A stretch of DNA of 64,000 bases from Sminthopsis crassicaudata (taxonomy: Eukaryota), in the NCBI RefSeq assembly GCF_048593235.1, contig NC_133622.1, positions 27,032,001 through 27,096,000 on the forward strand. Reading direction: 5' to 3'. The notes under the pieces were generated by a model, which was not told where the DNA came from, made no database searches, and saw only the letters and a list, made by a program, of their open reading frames with translations. Below are positions 35,432 through 48,971 of this stretch, one piece after another (position 1 is the stretch's first letter; every line of letters begins with the position of its first letter). A program made the translations under genes and the position numbers.

Positions 35432-36822
35432 CTATAAAAAAAAGGGCGCAAAAGGAGAGCTTACTTAAAAACTTTCTCTAAAGGACAACATAATAGTGGA
35501 CTTCAGGGCAGTGATTTTCTGATCCAGAACTCCCTTTCAAGGAGCCCCACAATATATATACACAATGGTATATATTTTATGTTAAATTTTCCTATCACCA
35601 TGATACTTTTTCCCCAAAAAGTCCCTTGAAATAGTAGAAACTGTTTACTTGGTAAATACACACACCTCCATTCTCCCTCCTGCACATCACCCGGAGTGCT
35701 GTATGGGGGTCTAATCTTTTAATAACTGTACGGTTATCTTGGCACTCCTATGTATACTAGAACATTCTAAAACACTCTTAGAAGGACCGGGTCAATAGAC
35801 TTCCCTACACCATCAAAGGCGGTCCATGGCATAAAAAGGTCAAGAATCTTCCTGCCCTAATGCACAGTAGACTCACCTTCAGTTAATTCACTTTACCCAT
35901 CTCAAATCTCAGTTTCCTCACCTTTAAAATGAGAAGATAGGTGACCTTGGAGAGCTCTCACAACTTAACTGACGGCAAAGTGGCCACGGCCCGTTCCAGC
36001 TCTGAAAAGTCCTGCCGCTGACCCCCACGGGGACCAGGGGCTACTCCTGCTGCCCACAAGACCCTCTCTATAACTCAGTTACAGAGAAGGAGTTGATCTG
36101 CACCGGTAGAGTTTCCAAATGAGTAGGTTTCAAGACTAAAAAGAAATGAATAAAAAAAACACTGAAAATTAGACCTAGTAACATGCTGCTGTTTCAATAA
36201 GTAAAACAAGGGGGTAAAACACCTGGATTCATCCTATTTAAAGGGGGAGGGGGGAAATGCAGGTCATATTTTCTTCTGTTACAAAATGGATCTTGAAAAA
36301 AGTCTTACTTATCACATTCCTGCGGCCGAGAGGCAATCCTGTGTTTTCAAAAGCAAACTCAGGAAGGTAGGTAACGCTGAGCAAGAAAAGATTCCAGGAC
36401 ATTCTTGGCAAGAACTTTTCTCTCTGTTATCTGAGGGCCGGCCCTGCTAAGGGCAGCAAGGCTTGCTACCACAAAGCTGAGCTTAAGGGAATGATTGGGG
36501 GGGGGGGGGGAAGGGGGAAAGGAAAGAAATAGCCCAAACCATTTACAGAGATTTGTGGGGGTTGTAATCTGGAAAGGAAGTGCCCACATAATGAAAACCC
36601 AGATCTTCTTAAGTCCAAAAGTATAGCAAAGCACTGAAGGAAAAAAAAGTTGGTCTTAGACAATATTTGTTTTAGACAAAAAAAAAATATCTGAGTCCAG
36701 CCCTGTGACTGCATTGCTAAAGATAACTTCCACTGAGGAAATCCCTTCTACCAATATTTACAGCAAAACATATAAGGGCACCTGGAATAAAATGGACGTA
36801 TGGGTCAGTCCCAAGCCTACAC

Positions 36823-37006
36823 CAGTGGTTGTCAAACTTTTTAAATAGGGGCCAGTTCCCTGTCCCTCAGACTGTGGGAGGCCGGACTATAGTAAAAACA
36901 AAAGCTCACACTCCGCCCCTGAGCCCATTTGCCATAACCCGGCGGGCCGCATAAACGTCCTCAGTGGGCCGCATCTGGCCCGCGGGCCATAGTTTGAGAA
37001 CCCCTG
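36823..37006 (+). mobile_element. OC1-like hAT MITE, copy 2 (longest)
   Basis: TIRs as in copy 1. Perfect 8-bp TSD GCCTACAC. Confidence 0.95.
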
Positions 37007-38129
37007 GCCTACACTATGGAGACAGCTGCCCCCTTTTAACATATGACAATTTTGAGCTGAAATCCTAGTGCTATGGGTGATCCCCGACTTTGTAGACATG
37101 TTGCCATCATTCCCTTAGAAACCAGCTGAAAATCAAGAATGACTGAAAAAGACAGGGGCGTACACACAGATCCTTAATTAGACAAGGAACAAGGCTGAAG
37201 TAGAGAAAGGAAAAAAAAAAATTAATAACAGTCCATTTTAGGTGAAGTCCTGAATCACACTTAAAAGGCTTGGAAGTATCATTAAAAAAAAAAAACAAAA
37301 CAAAACAAAAACACCCATACCCATTACCTTCTTCAAGGATGGCACTCTCAATCAATCCTTCAGGGCCCAAGCCCTTCAGAATTTATCTAAAGTTCACTAC
37401 AGATCAGATCTCAGAAGTAAACTTGTTCATTAAACCAATATTAAATAGCTGATTAAACAATAATTAGGTACCAAATTAGCTCCTGATCTAGAGACATCTA
37501 TTGAATGAATCAAATGTATTTTTGAATGCCATCTTTGAAAGGCACAGGCCTCCAAAAGCAATGAGACAGTCTCTGATTCACAGGATGGTCGCACCAGAAT
37601 AGTCAACAAGGAAATGGGGAGTTAAGATATACTCATAAGGATCCAAAGAAGTTCCCAAAAAACCAGGCCTTTGCCCATGAGATCCCATTCACCTGAAACA
37701 TCCAATCCCTGCTGCACTTAGACTATTTAATTCCTACTTATTCTTTAAAGTCCAATTCTAACATCACTTTCTCCATGAAATATTCTCTGACCCCTAGGCT
37801 ACTTATGTAATGATAAATGATAAAACTGGAGAGACTAATTAACGAGATCAGAAATCCAGCTGAATCTATTTGCATCGCAATCCCCAAGGATTACGAAGGG
37901 AGAGGTTTAAGTAACCTCTAGTTTGTGAAAATTTACTATAGAATAAAGATCAATTATATTCCTCTCCATCATTAGGGCACTTTGCTTATCTGGCCTTGTG
38001 TAGTCAAAGAAAGAAACAGTAAGGGCCTACTATGTGCCACATATGCTGGGAGAAATGAGGATATAAAAAAAGGTAAAGTCAGTTCCTTCTCTCAAGGAAT
38101 TCACAGTATAATGGGAGGAAACAATATGC

Positions 38130-38405
38130 AAACAAGTTATATAACATGTTACATATGTTACATATACAAATTATATATAATATGCATATGACATTACATA
38201 TATTATACATTATTAAGATATATAATATGCAAACTATATATAACATATATATTATACATTGTTAGGACATGATATATGATACGTATTACATATCATATTA
38301 TATATTATAATATATAATACATAACATTTATTAACATAACAATAATAAATGTTTGGTTATATATGTTACTTATCTATATACATATATGCATTAGATGTTA
38401 GATAT
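38130..38405. repeat. AT-rich low-complexity (TA-derived) tract
   Basis: Degenerate TATAT/ATATTA repeats. Confidence 0.8.
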
Positions 38406-39157
38406 ACCCCAAATGTGTCTCACTACTTATTTATATCATATCAACTTTTTGAATAGAAGTCTTTGTGTCTTAACTATCATAATTTACAGAGCCAAGCCCT
38501 CAACAGAAAACAATGAATATTCTACTATCCAATGAACCAGCAAACCTGAAATTAGTTCTCCATTTTGGTACATAAGAGGTTTATGACGTAGGACATGTCA
38601 CTTCAATTCTCTGAAATATAAAATAATGAGGCCTGACTAGAGGAATAAATGGTTCCCAACCTGGAGTCACTAGTTTTGAAAGAGATTCATAAATCAAGTC
38701 CATAAACAAACTATCTTCTACAGGCCAAAGTTTGCCCACATATATATTTCCATTTTTAAAATGCATATAGATGCTGAGAGTTAATAAATTATAAAACTAT
38801 TTTAAAACATAAATGGATTCAGACTAGATTTTACTAGTGTATTTTTTCAATTAATGTATACCAAATTCAATATAACATTCTAATATGCGCCAGAAACTAA
38901 GGTAGATGATGGAGCAGCAAAGTCCAAAATGAAATAGATCATGTGGAGCGCCATGAAATTTTTAAACAATCCCAAAGCTTTGAAGTAAAAATTGAATAAA
39001 TTGGAAGTAAAATGGACTTATAAAAGACCTTTCTGAAGCTCATGTGTTTGAACCTATTCCAAAGTAATTATTTAATTTGGTTATTCTCAAAGCCATTGTT
39101 CATGGAAAGCCAGGATATATTGGACAAATGATGAATGGGATTAAACAAGTAAGTCTT

Positions 39158-39300
39158 CAGAGGCAGAGCCAAGATGGTGGAGAAAAGGCTGGGACTCATG
39201 AGCTCTCTTCCAAACCTCTCCAAAGACCTAAAATAAATGATGGACCAAGAGAAACTGCAAAAGACTGTGTGAAACAAATTTCCAGCCAAAGAAGGTCTCA
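39158..39300 (+). mobile_element. Isolated L1 5'-end fragment
   Basis: GAGGCAGAGCCAAGATGGTGGAG resembles the start of L1 5'UTRs. Confidence 0.55.
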
Positions 39301-40334
39301 CCTGACTAAGAATGGAATAAAGTCCAGCATAGGCTGTATCCTTTGACATTTATCTATTGGAGAATGGCTCTTAGACTTACAAATTTGAATCAGTTCCTCT
39401 AATAACTTGAGTATGAGACAATTAACAAAGAAATCTGATATAGAGATTTTTCCCCCAGTAATTTGATTGCCTCTAATATGAATTGTATTGGAGATGTTTG
39501 TGAAAAACTTTTTAAAAAAAAATTTTATCACCAAAATTGTCCATTTTATCTCCTAGGATTTTCTTAGTCATGAATTTTTAATGACAATTACATAAACCAT
39601 TAAAATCAAACTCCTTGATGTTGGTCTTAAATCTAGAACACATTGTTATCAAGAACACCAAGGATCTCAACAGTTATTTTTTTGTTTGTTTTTAAAGTGC
39701 TATGCCTCTAATAAGGCACTAGTTATGTGCTATACTATAGACTAAACTAAATTATGTCAGCAAATTTATGATTAGTCCTTTGACATTTCCATAACATGAC
39801 ATAGAAATTTTGAGGCAAAAGGGATCACTTTTCTAAGGGCAATAGAAGACTTCATAAAGAAAATCATATTTGGGCTCATTTAACAGGGTTATGTACAGAA
39901 CAGAATATATATAATCCAATATTTTCACTTAGAGGTGAAGAATAGGGAAACATGGTCAAATAACTTGTTCCAAATCACAAAACTTGGACTAGAAAAGACA
40001 TCAAGAGAAAGAAAGGGAAGAAAAAGAGGGAGCAAAATGCAAGGGGAGAGACCAGGGGAATATTGAAAAGGCTGGTCTGACCAAAGGACAGGCCATCCAT
40101 GGAAGTTGCAATGAAAAAGGTAGGATGAGCCAGTTTTATAAATGATCTCAAATAACTACCAGAAGTAGATCTGAATTTATCCTATAAGTAAGTTTAATTT
40201 TTTTTTTTTTAATGTTTAGTATGAATGTGAAATGTGTGCACTGGTACCTGACATGCTTGCTGATTGTGGAAGATTAACATGATGGCAGAGCAGACAAAAA
40301 TGGAGAGAAAAGCAAGTAGGGTGCAACAATTATA

Positions 40335-40860
40335 CAGTACCATTATCCTTTCCATATCCTGGGAGTAAGGGGTATGGCACCCCAACAATCTGGAAAATCT
40401 GCCTACACTTTTTTGGCCCTGCATATCAGAGAACATCTGAGTTTTTTATTTTTTGTTTTATTTAAATTTTTTGATTATACATGTATATTCATTTTTTAAC
40501 CTATTTCCATATGAATCATGTAGGGCGAAAAAAAAAAAATCACAACTAAAGGGAAAAACCATGAAAAAGAAGAAAAAAACAAAACGGAAGGAAAAAAAGG
40601 GTGAAAATAGTATGTTTTGATCCACATTCAGTTTCCATAATTCTCTCTCTGGATCCAGATGAAACTACCCATCCAATTTCTTTTTCTTTTATGGGCTATT
40701 TACTGTGTCTTATTGTAAAATCTGAGTTAAGTATTTGGTCATAGGCTCCATGTCATTTGCTTGCCTTTGCATATCATTTGCAGCTTCTGCAAATCTCCAA
40801 GAAATTCTCATTCAATTTCTTATGCCAACTTGCAATAAATTTAAAAAATTTAAAAAAAAA
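40335..40860. mobile_element. Possible Tigger-like DNA transposon remnant interrupted by an L1 3' fragment (~40440-40660)
   Basis: CAGTAC...GGGAGTAAGGGGTATGGCACCC...ATCTGGAAAATCTGC resembles a recalled Tigger-type end. Confidence 0.35.
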
Positions 40861-42103
40861 AAACATGGGGAAAGTTGCAACATAATGGTACTATCTGAAG
40901 AGTGTGAGATGACAGGTGGATAATTTGGTATGATTGAAGAAATGAATGCTGCAAATATCTTACCTGCTCTCATCTCCCATTATTCCTCCATCTTTAAAAC
41001 ACACTCCGACCAAGTTCACCTTCTTATGGCAAAATCTCCTGACTACTTCTGGGCCTTTGTCCAAGCTGCCCTAACATGGAACAACTCTCTCCCTAGCTGT
41101 GAACTGATCCAATTGTTCTGTGAAAGAATCTGAACGAATGTGAGATCCCACTACTAGTCATATCCCCTGGAGGGTGTCTAAGATAGCAAGAAAGGAATAT
41201 TTTGGTACATGTGAAGCCTAACAACACTTTGTGGCAGCCAAAAAGAAAAAAAAAAAAAAACAAGGGGTAGGGAAGTGGAAAGAAAGTAGGCCTTCTTTCC
41301 ATTGGAGAGAAGCTGAATAAAGGGGACACATGAATTGTTGGCGCTTCCTTTCAACGAGGCCCAAAAACCTCAAAAGCGCAATGGCTCGACTCCTGTGTGA
41401 ATTGGATTTAAGTGAGGCAAAGCTGGTCAAAATAGTATCATTCTCTCTTTTGATCTTCAAAGTCCAGTGAGTGGCAAAGGTATGGCCTGGGATGCAAGTT
41501 CAATGGCAGCCCTGGTTCTGAAGGCTTCCATTCCACCCTCCCACAAGGGAACATGCTCACCCACCCCAACATATAAAGATAGCAGATTACAACCTGCTGA
41601 ATGAAGGGAAAAATAGAATGGATTCAAATCATGAAAAGTATTAAAAATAGAGAGAGGAGCACAGGGAAAGAAGGTTCACAGTAACAAAATATTAAAGAAC
41701 AAACTCTGAGTGTAATAGCCAATTTTGGCCCTGGAGATGATGAAATACACTTCCCTCCATTTGATCAATGGGTAGAATGCATCAGGCATGTATTGCAAAC
41801 ATTTTAAGAAAATTCAAACATTAAGTGCTTTTCCTTTACAGTTTTTCTTCCCAATAAATCTATAAGGATGTTATATATATAGTCAGAAATGACTAGAATC
41901 TAGCAACAAAATATTTATTCTATTAAATATGAAAAACAATTTTTATAAATTATACTTTCTTATCTGCCATACTATATTTATATTCTTCTTTTATACCTTG
42001 ACAGGACAGCTCAAGATTGATCATGGGCAGATGCAACATGATATACTGGAAACACTACATGAGATGTCAAGTTCCAGTCTCCATCCTGGCCCTTCCCAAT
42101 TTT

Positions 42104-44140
42104 GAGGAGAATGTTATAGAGATGGAGTAAAGGGCGAAATCTTGTAGATCTTAGCAGCAGACTGAAGATGGTGGCAGGAGTTAGTGAGGAGTCAAGCCAA
42201 GAGGACTGGGAAGATGGCCCTACAGTACAATTACACTATAGTGCAGAGAAGTTTCAAGGGGGGGGGGGAATATGGAGGAGCTCAATTTGGGACACACAGA
42301 GTAAGACATCTATTGGACGTACAGGCAGAGAGATGAGTCTTTGGGCAAGACATTTAATCTCCCAAGATCTCAATTTTCTTCTCTAGAAAATGAAAATATC
42401 AATACTATAAAGTGGGAATAAAAGCACTGATATAATAAAAGCATTAATACAATGAAAGCCAGAATTATTTTAAGAAAAACATTTTGAAAACTTAAACCAC
42501 TACATAAATTCCAAATCCAACATCAGCACTTTACATCTTCTGTATTGTCTGCTGGGACATTCAAGGGAACATTATGTAAGGGACAGCAAAGACAGAATCT
42601 GGTATACATAGGCAGATGCTATCCCTGCTTTTGTGTAATGTGTTTTTCTTTTTTACAAAGGAACAGTTCAATTAGGTAGTAGAAATTTGAGGAGAGACTC
42701 TTCAAAGCCTGACCTTGATAGAAAAAAAAAATCAATAAATGTAATTATTAAAAGAGAAAAATATGAACTTCCAATGCAAAGTTTGTTTATATTTTATATA
42801 CTATACAAAGGGTTTATATATATAAATATTTATTATATAAAGAAAGGGTGGTGTCAGTATAGAGGAGAAAAGGGGGCATCTTGTAGAGATGGGACAAAGG
42901 GGAAACTCTTACGGCTTTAGCAACAGATTGAATATGGTGGTACGAGGCAGTGGGGAATCAAGTCAAAGTGATCCTACAGAACTACTACAGTACAACGCAG
43001 AGAAGTTTCTAAGGGAGAAAAGTGTGGAGGAGCTCAGTTTGAGACACACTGAGAGTAAGCTGTCTATTGGATATGCCGGTCAATGGAGATGTAGCAGAGG
43101 GATAAAGGCAGGAGGAGATTGGAGGATCATCAGTAGAGAAATGAGTAGATGGAATCAAGTGGTCCAAAAGGAGAAGAGGCCCAAGACAGAGCTTCATGGG
43201 ACCCCTTTGATCTCTCCGGTTGTCTTAGGTAATACCTTATTCAAGCGCCAACAAAATTATAGTGCAAGATCACACACTAAATAATTCTAACCAATTCCCT
43301 GTCATTTGCAGATTTATAAATAACTCAAGGCAGCCACCTCTTTCTCCTCCCTCATTTATAGGTCATTTCACTGTTCATTAACACCTGCATGAGTTGGTGA
43401 AAAAGGAAAAATAAAAACAGACATTCAGCTTCCTCAATTATATTACTCAGTATCCACTCATTAAAGATTCAGGGATGGACTGAAACTACTGAGTAAGATA
43501 AGAATGTGCAAGATCCGGAGCTTGGACATAAGGCTTTTTTGGCCATTTTTAGGGGGATGTAGTGGGAGACACAAATATAATAAAGTGGTTTCCATGCATT
43601 TATTTTATAATTATAATTCAAAAGAAAACTGTCTCAGAGGATACACACCCCAAGTCTGAGCCAGTGATTCAGCAACCAATACTCACTGACCCTAAATCAT
43701 CTCAGTTCAGTGAATCATAGGTAGAGATGAAGTCATTCTAGGTCAAGAAGCCTTATGGTAAGAGGCATGAGCTTCCATGCCCAGTCTCCAAGGATCTGGG
43801 AATAAATCCATTCATTTCTACATCAAATACCAAATGAACCTGGAAATGTTCAGATGAAATAATTTGTTCCAGTTTGTACTCTATATACTTATAGACAGAG
43901 GAGAAAGGGGGGCATATTATAGAGACGGGGCAAAAGGGAAAATCTTACAGGTCAAGTTCCAACAAACCAAGTATGGTGACAAGAGGTAGTGGGAAGTCAA
44001 GCCAAGGGGCTGGGAAGATGGCCCTACAGTACTACTACTCTACAATAGAGAAGTTTCAAAGGGAGGAAAAGTGTGGAGGAGCTCAATTTGGGATACACTG
44101 AGAGTAAGACGTCTATGGGACACACAGGCAGAGAAATGAA
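42104..44140. repeat. Three diverged local copies of a ~230-bp L2-like unit (~42104-42340, ~42861-43075, ~43897-44140)
   Basis: Shared anchors CCTACAGxAC, AGAGAAGTTTC, TGGAGGAGCTCAxTTTGxGAxACAC and GAGTAAG in all three. Confidence 0.85.
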
Positions 44141-45619
44141 TCGAACAAAAACAATAAGATAAAGGTGGGGCAGGGGCAATCTCTAGATTAATAAGGAAAT
44201 AAACCCTAAAGCCAAAAACACAAGTTAGAGATGAGGTTTTTTTGTACCCAGAACTAAAGCTTTCTTATTAAAGGTCAATAGGGAGAGCCAACAGAAGTTT
44301 AGATTAAAAAAAAAAAAAAAATCTCATCAAACAGTTGAGTCAAAAAGGACCATTGGGGTTAAAGTGGGGATTATAACATCCTATATATAGCTTGTCTTAG
44401 ACAGGATTAGGCTGCAGTACAGAGAAAAGAATTAAGAATAAATATTACTCTTAGCCAGGTGAAAAGAATTATGGCAGTTAAAAATCAAGATAAAGTGCTC
44501 TAGGATTAATAATTAATAGGATTAATAATCAAGTTATAAAAATTTTTATAACTACCATCCTTTTCAACTATTCCAGGACCCTATGTCTTTCTCTCCACCC
44601 CCTCATTTTTCTTTTGTACTGCTTTCTGTTAATCAACCTTTTCAACATCTAAAAAAGTTGTATGTTTATCTACCCAAATAGATCACACACACATCTGTGA
44701 CCAGAAGAAGAGAGGACACTGTGTGGTCTTAACCTTGCCAGGATGGATGGAGGTGGGAGGGAAGCAGTGATACAAGAACCAAATAGAGGGAACTGGCCCT
44801 CAATGAAATACTGATTTCAAGAGTGGAGAGTTTTCTCTGTCCCATCTCTCCCCACCAAGTTCTACAGATCTAGGCCCTTCTGAGAAAGACATCTAGGTGG
44901 CACAATGGAAAAAATTTTGGCCTTGAAATCACAACACAAGTTTAATGTTTTGAGTTGTGTGGCCCCAAAAAGTTACATAACATCCCTAACCTATTTAGTT
45001 AAATGAGAATATTAATGGCACTTTCCTCCTAAAATGCTCAAGAAAGCATCTTCCAAGCCTTAAAGCATTATACAAATGCTTTTCATCAGTACTTTATCCA
45101 TTTGTTCTCTTTTCCCCATTACTATGAGGGATTAAGTTAGCAGCATTCTTTTATTAACTTTTTACTTCCCTAATAAGATATAAAATGCCAGTTTCTACAT
45201 AAAATTATATCATCCTATAATTCTCAGAAGAGTATATTGGCCAATAGATATTACAAATCAGGACTACTTCACAAGGGACGGGTATTTCCTTGAAGTCAAA
45301 TGAGAAAAAGCCTCGCATGCAAGGTAATTTCCTCATCTCTGCTTTTATATACCACCACGTATTTCCCTCAAGTACAGGAATACTGATTTTCATAAACGGC
45401 TTTGATGGCTAACTATACTACTACAGAAAAGGAAGTGATTTTAGCAAAAAAATGTTACTTAAGCAAAATCATTCCATCATCATTCACATTCCTTTTTAGG
45501 GTTATTATTAGAGCTTCTCTCAATAAGTTCAAAGGTCAGATGAAAGGCTTAACCAAGGAAAAGGAAAAAAGAATAAAAGAATTGGTTGACAAGCAGAAAT
45601 GATGGGACTTCGGAAGGAG

Positions 45620-46900
45620 TTCCATAATAAGGGGAAAGAGGGGTATAAACTCTACAAGGACATGATATAGCCTTTGGGAAAATATAATTTCAAGGAAGCC
45701 AGCACAGAAAAACCAATTTTTCAAATATTTTCCAAGTCTTCCAGAATAAAAACCTGAGGACACAAAGATAAAATGATTCTGATGAGGAAAGCTGGCTAAA
45801 AAGACCAATAAACATTGGTAACTACATCAAATCAGGATTTTAGGACATATAGGAATAATGGAAGCAATGGCAGGTAATTGTATTAAATCAAGAGCCCAGA
45901 TCAACATCCCAGTATATTAAAGCAACTTTTGAATTTGAGAGCTAAATAACTGTCTCTGATCTTGGGGGAAAAAACCATGAAAAACAAAAGTTCTACAGGA
46001 CAGGCAGCTGAAAAAGCTCCACTTTCCAAAAAAGGGGAAGATGGTAGATTCTTCTAAGAATGGACTGACCACTTTTAATATCTATTCCTGGTGAGTGAAT
46101 GTAGAACATCTCATTTAAGGAGTAGTTTGTAAACATTTGAAAAGGGAACAAGTATGACTATCAGAAACACAGTTTCATCGAGCCACTCTAGCCTAACCTC
46201 ATTTCCTTTGGGGGATTTTTAGGTTATTAAGTCAGGGAAATACCAGCAGCAAGATAAACCTATTTTTTCTGCAAAACACTTGACAATTCTTGCAATATCC
46301 TTGTGAACAGTTTGGAAAAATGTGGACAATATTTAAATGTATTTAGGTGAATTTCAAATTTATTCAACATATTTACTTAAAGTTTTAAATGAAAACAGAG
46401 ATGCAATATTTACAAAATTTGCAGATGTCATGGAATAGATAATAGAACATCAGAGTTAAGTAACAAAATTTAACAGATAAATATTATAAAAAAAAGTTTT
46501 CCCATGAGTCATAGTAATATAAAATAGTAGAGCTATCTCAAAATAAGTTAAAGGGGAAAAAAAGTGATCCATTGCAACCTGAGGCTCCATTAATACAACT
46601 ACAATATCTAGAATAAAGAAGCTTATATAAGGTTCTTTCACCGTCAAGCTAAATTCTGAGAAACATGTCTGGTTTAGGGAACCTCATTTTAGGAAGTATG
46701 TCAACAAATGGGAGCTTATTTGACAGAACACTTATGATGGGAAGTAGATTTGAAATTATGCCATCCAAGGATCAGTTGAAAAAAAAAAAAACACTAAGGA
46801 AGTTCAATCTAGAGAAGGTTCAGACAGGAAGTGTCTGAAAGAGTTTTCAAACATCTGAAATACTACATTGTTAAAATCAAGGAAACTGCATTATGTTTAA
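45620..46900 (+). mobile_element. Ancient CR1/L3 ORF2 remnant
   Basis: Degenerate CR1-like motifs (CCACTTTCCAAAAAAGGGGAAG, TAGAACATCTCATTTAAGGAGTAGTTTGTAAACATTTGA, AAATTTGCAGATG). No ORF. Confidence 0.55.
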
Positions 46901-48971
46901 AGAAAACATAAATAAAGAAATAATATCAATACATGTACTGAGCTGCATAGAAGCTACATGCTTAAAAGAAAAGTAATCTAATTGCAGGAAGAAAAAGTGA
47001 AATAGATGAATAACAAAAAGAGAGGCAAGAATAAAATTAAAAGACTAAAGAGAATTTGAGAAAACTCAAGTATGTTATATTCCTTGGAATTATAAAATCA
47101 GAAACAAAAGCAGTATAAAGCTTCTGAGTCATAACTAATCTTGTGTCATCAACTTCTGCGTAATAAATACAGAATCTCAGAAATAGCAAACACAAAGATG
47201 GATTCCAAAATAAATGGAAAGTACTCAAACAATATGTAGCTCAAGAACCAATCACAGAAGGTCAGTCAACATGCGCTAAGTGCTGGGAAGACAAAGGCAA
47301 AGGAGTCTATATTCAAGGAAGTCAAAGGCTAATAGGGAAAAATGATATGCATGCAATTCTGCATAAACAAGCTCAATACAGGAAAAACTAGAAATAATTA
47401 ATAGGGAGAAGGCACTAGAATTAAGGGAAAATTAGAAAAGCTGTCTTCCTCTATAAGAAGAGATTGTAGGTGAGACTTGATTTGATCACTGAAATCTCGT
47501 GAGATATCTTGAGGTTTTACTGTGATTTCTAGGTTGGGACCAGGCTTTAAACCCAATGACTGGTTCTCATTGACTGACTCACAGTAGATCAGTCCCTAGC
47601 CAAGTTCCATAGAGGCCATTCTCTGCCTCATTTCTTACCTAGCTTTAATTAGTTGAATTATACTGTGACCTGGTATATTGTGACCTGGCAAAGACATTAG
47701 CTTGAAAAGGCCAGGGACTCCCATTGCATCCAAAACCATTTCCAATTATCCCGATCTCTATCTGACCACTGAATCCAGATGGCTCTGGAGGAGAAAATTA
47801 AGCTGATGACCTGTGCACAGCTGTTCCCCACTTAAATCCAATTTACTTATATGTCATGGCATCCCCTCCTCCCAGATGTCATGGTCCTCTCCAAGAATTA
47901 AGGGCAAACAACAACAATTTCATTTAAGAAAATCATAAGAATGAGACAACGTACAAAACAGAAGAAAATATCTCTTTCCAAATACTTTTAACTACAAAAG
48001 AAAAAAAAAAAAAAAAGATAAATGAATGAGGCATGCAACTGGGAAAGGGGAAAAGTATATGCTCAGAAAACCCAAATAACCATGAAAATAGGATAAAAAT
48101 TGAAGAGAAAAATGTTTGTGTGTTTTTTAAAATCAAACTGACCAAAAAAAAAAAAAAAAAAAAAAAACTATAAACATTTTAAAATAATAAAACCACTAAC
48201 CAACAAAAGCCAAACTGCCAAAAGGAAACTCCAAAAAGGAAATTCACATCAGAGGAGGAAAAAACAAAGAAACATACAACCAAATATTATGTTCAATTGT
48301 ATGTCAAAACACTAACTTAAATGAAACACCTGAATTTTTCAAAAACATAAAATGCTCAGGTTAAAAGAAAAAGAAATGGAGAACTTAAATAAATAGCTAA
48401 TTTAAGGCTTCATACCTTTAAAAAGTGCTTTACACATATTACCTCTCTTAATCCTCACAAAAACTCTAATTACCATCCTCATTTTACAAGTGAGGAAACT
48501 GAGTCTACTCACTATAATCAGAGTCTGTATAATATATCAAAGAGTCCAACTATCAATATCCCCACAGGAATCATGAATATAATTATAAAACACTTTATAA
48601 AAATATTCATAGTTAAACTGTGCAATGTTAAAAATTAGAACAAGGATAATTTATAGACTTAACTATCTTACTAACCTACCAAAGAGTTAATACTAATTCA
48701 TAGAATGAAACAAAATAACAAAATTCAACAGAAGGTACAAACACAAAAACAATCTCTGCCGTCAAGGAGTTTACATTCTATTATTGAAAACAATCTAGAA
48801 ACTACTACTAGATACAAATTATAAAAAAAAGTAATGGAATATTATTGTTCTATAAAAAATGATAAGCTGATTTAAGAAAGGCCTGGAAAGATTTATATGA
48901 ACTGATGTTGAGTGAAACAAGCAGAACCATTTTACACAATAACAGCAAAAATGTGTGATGACCAATTTTTC

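Noticed and set aside
35460-35470. Donor-like TAA|GTAAGC just upstream of the exon 2 acceptor
   Set aside because: It would define an intron of only ~35 nt, too short for the major spliceosome.
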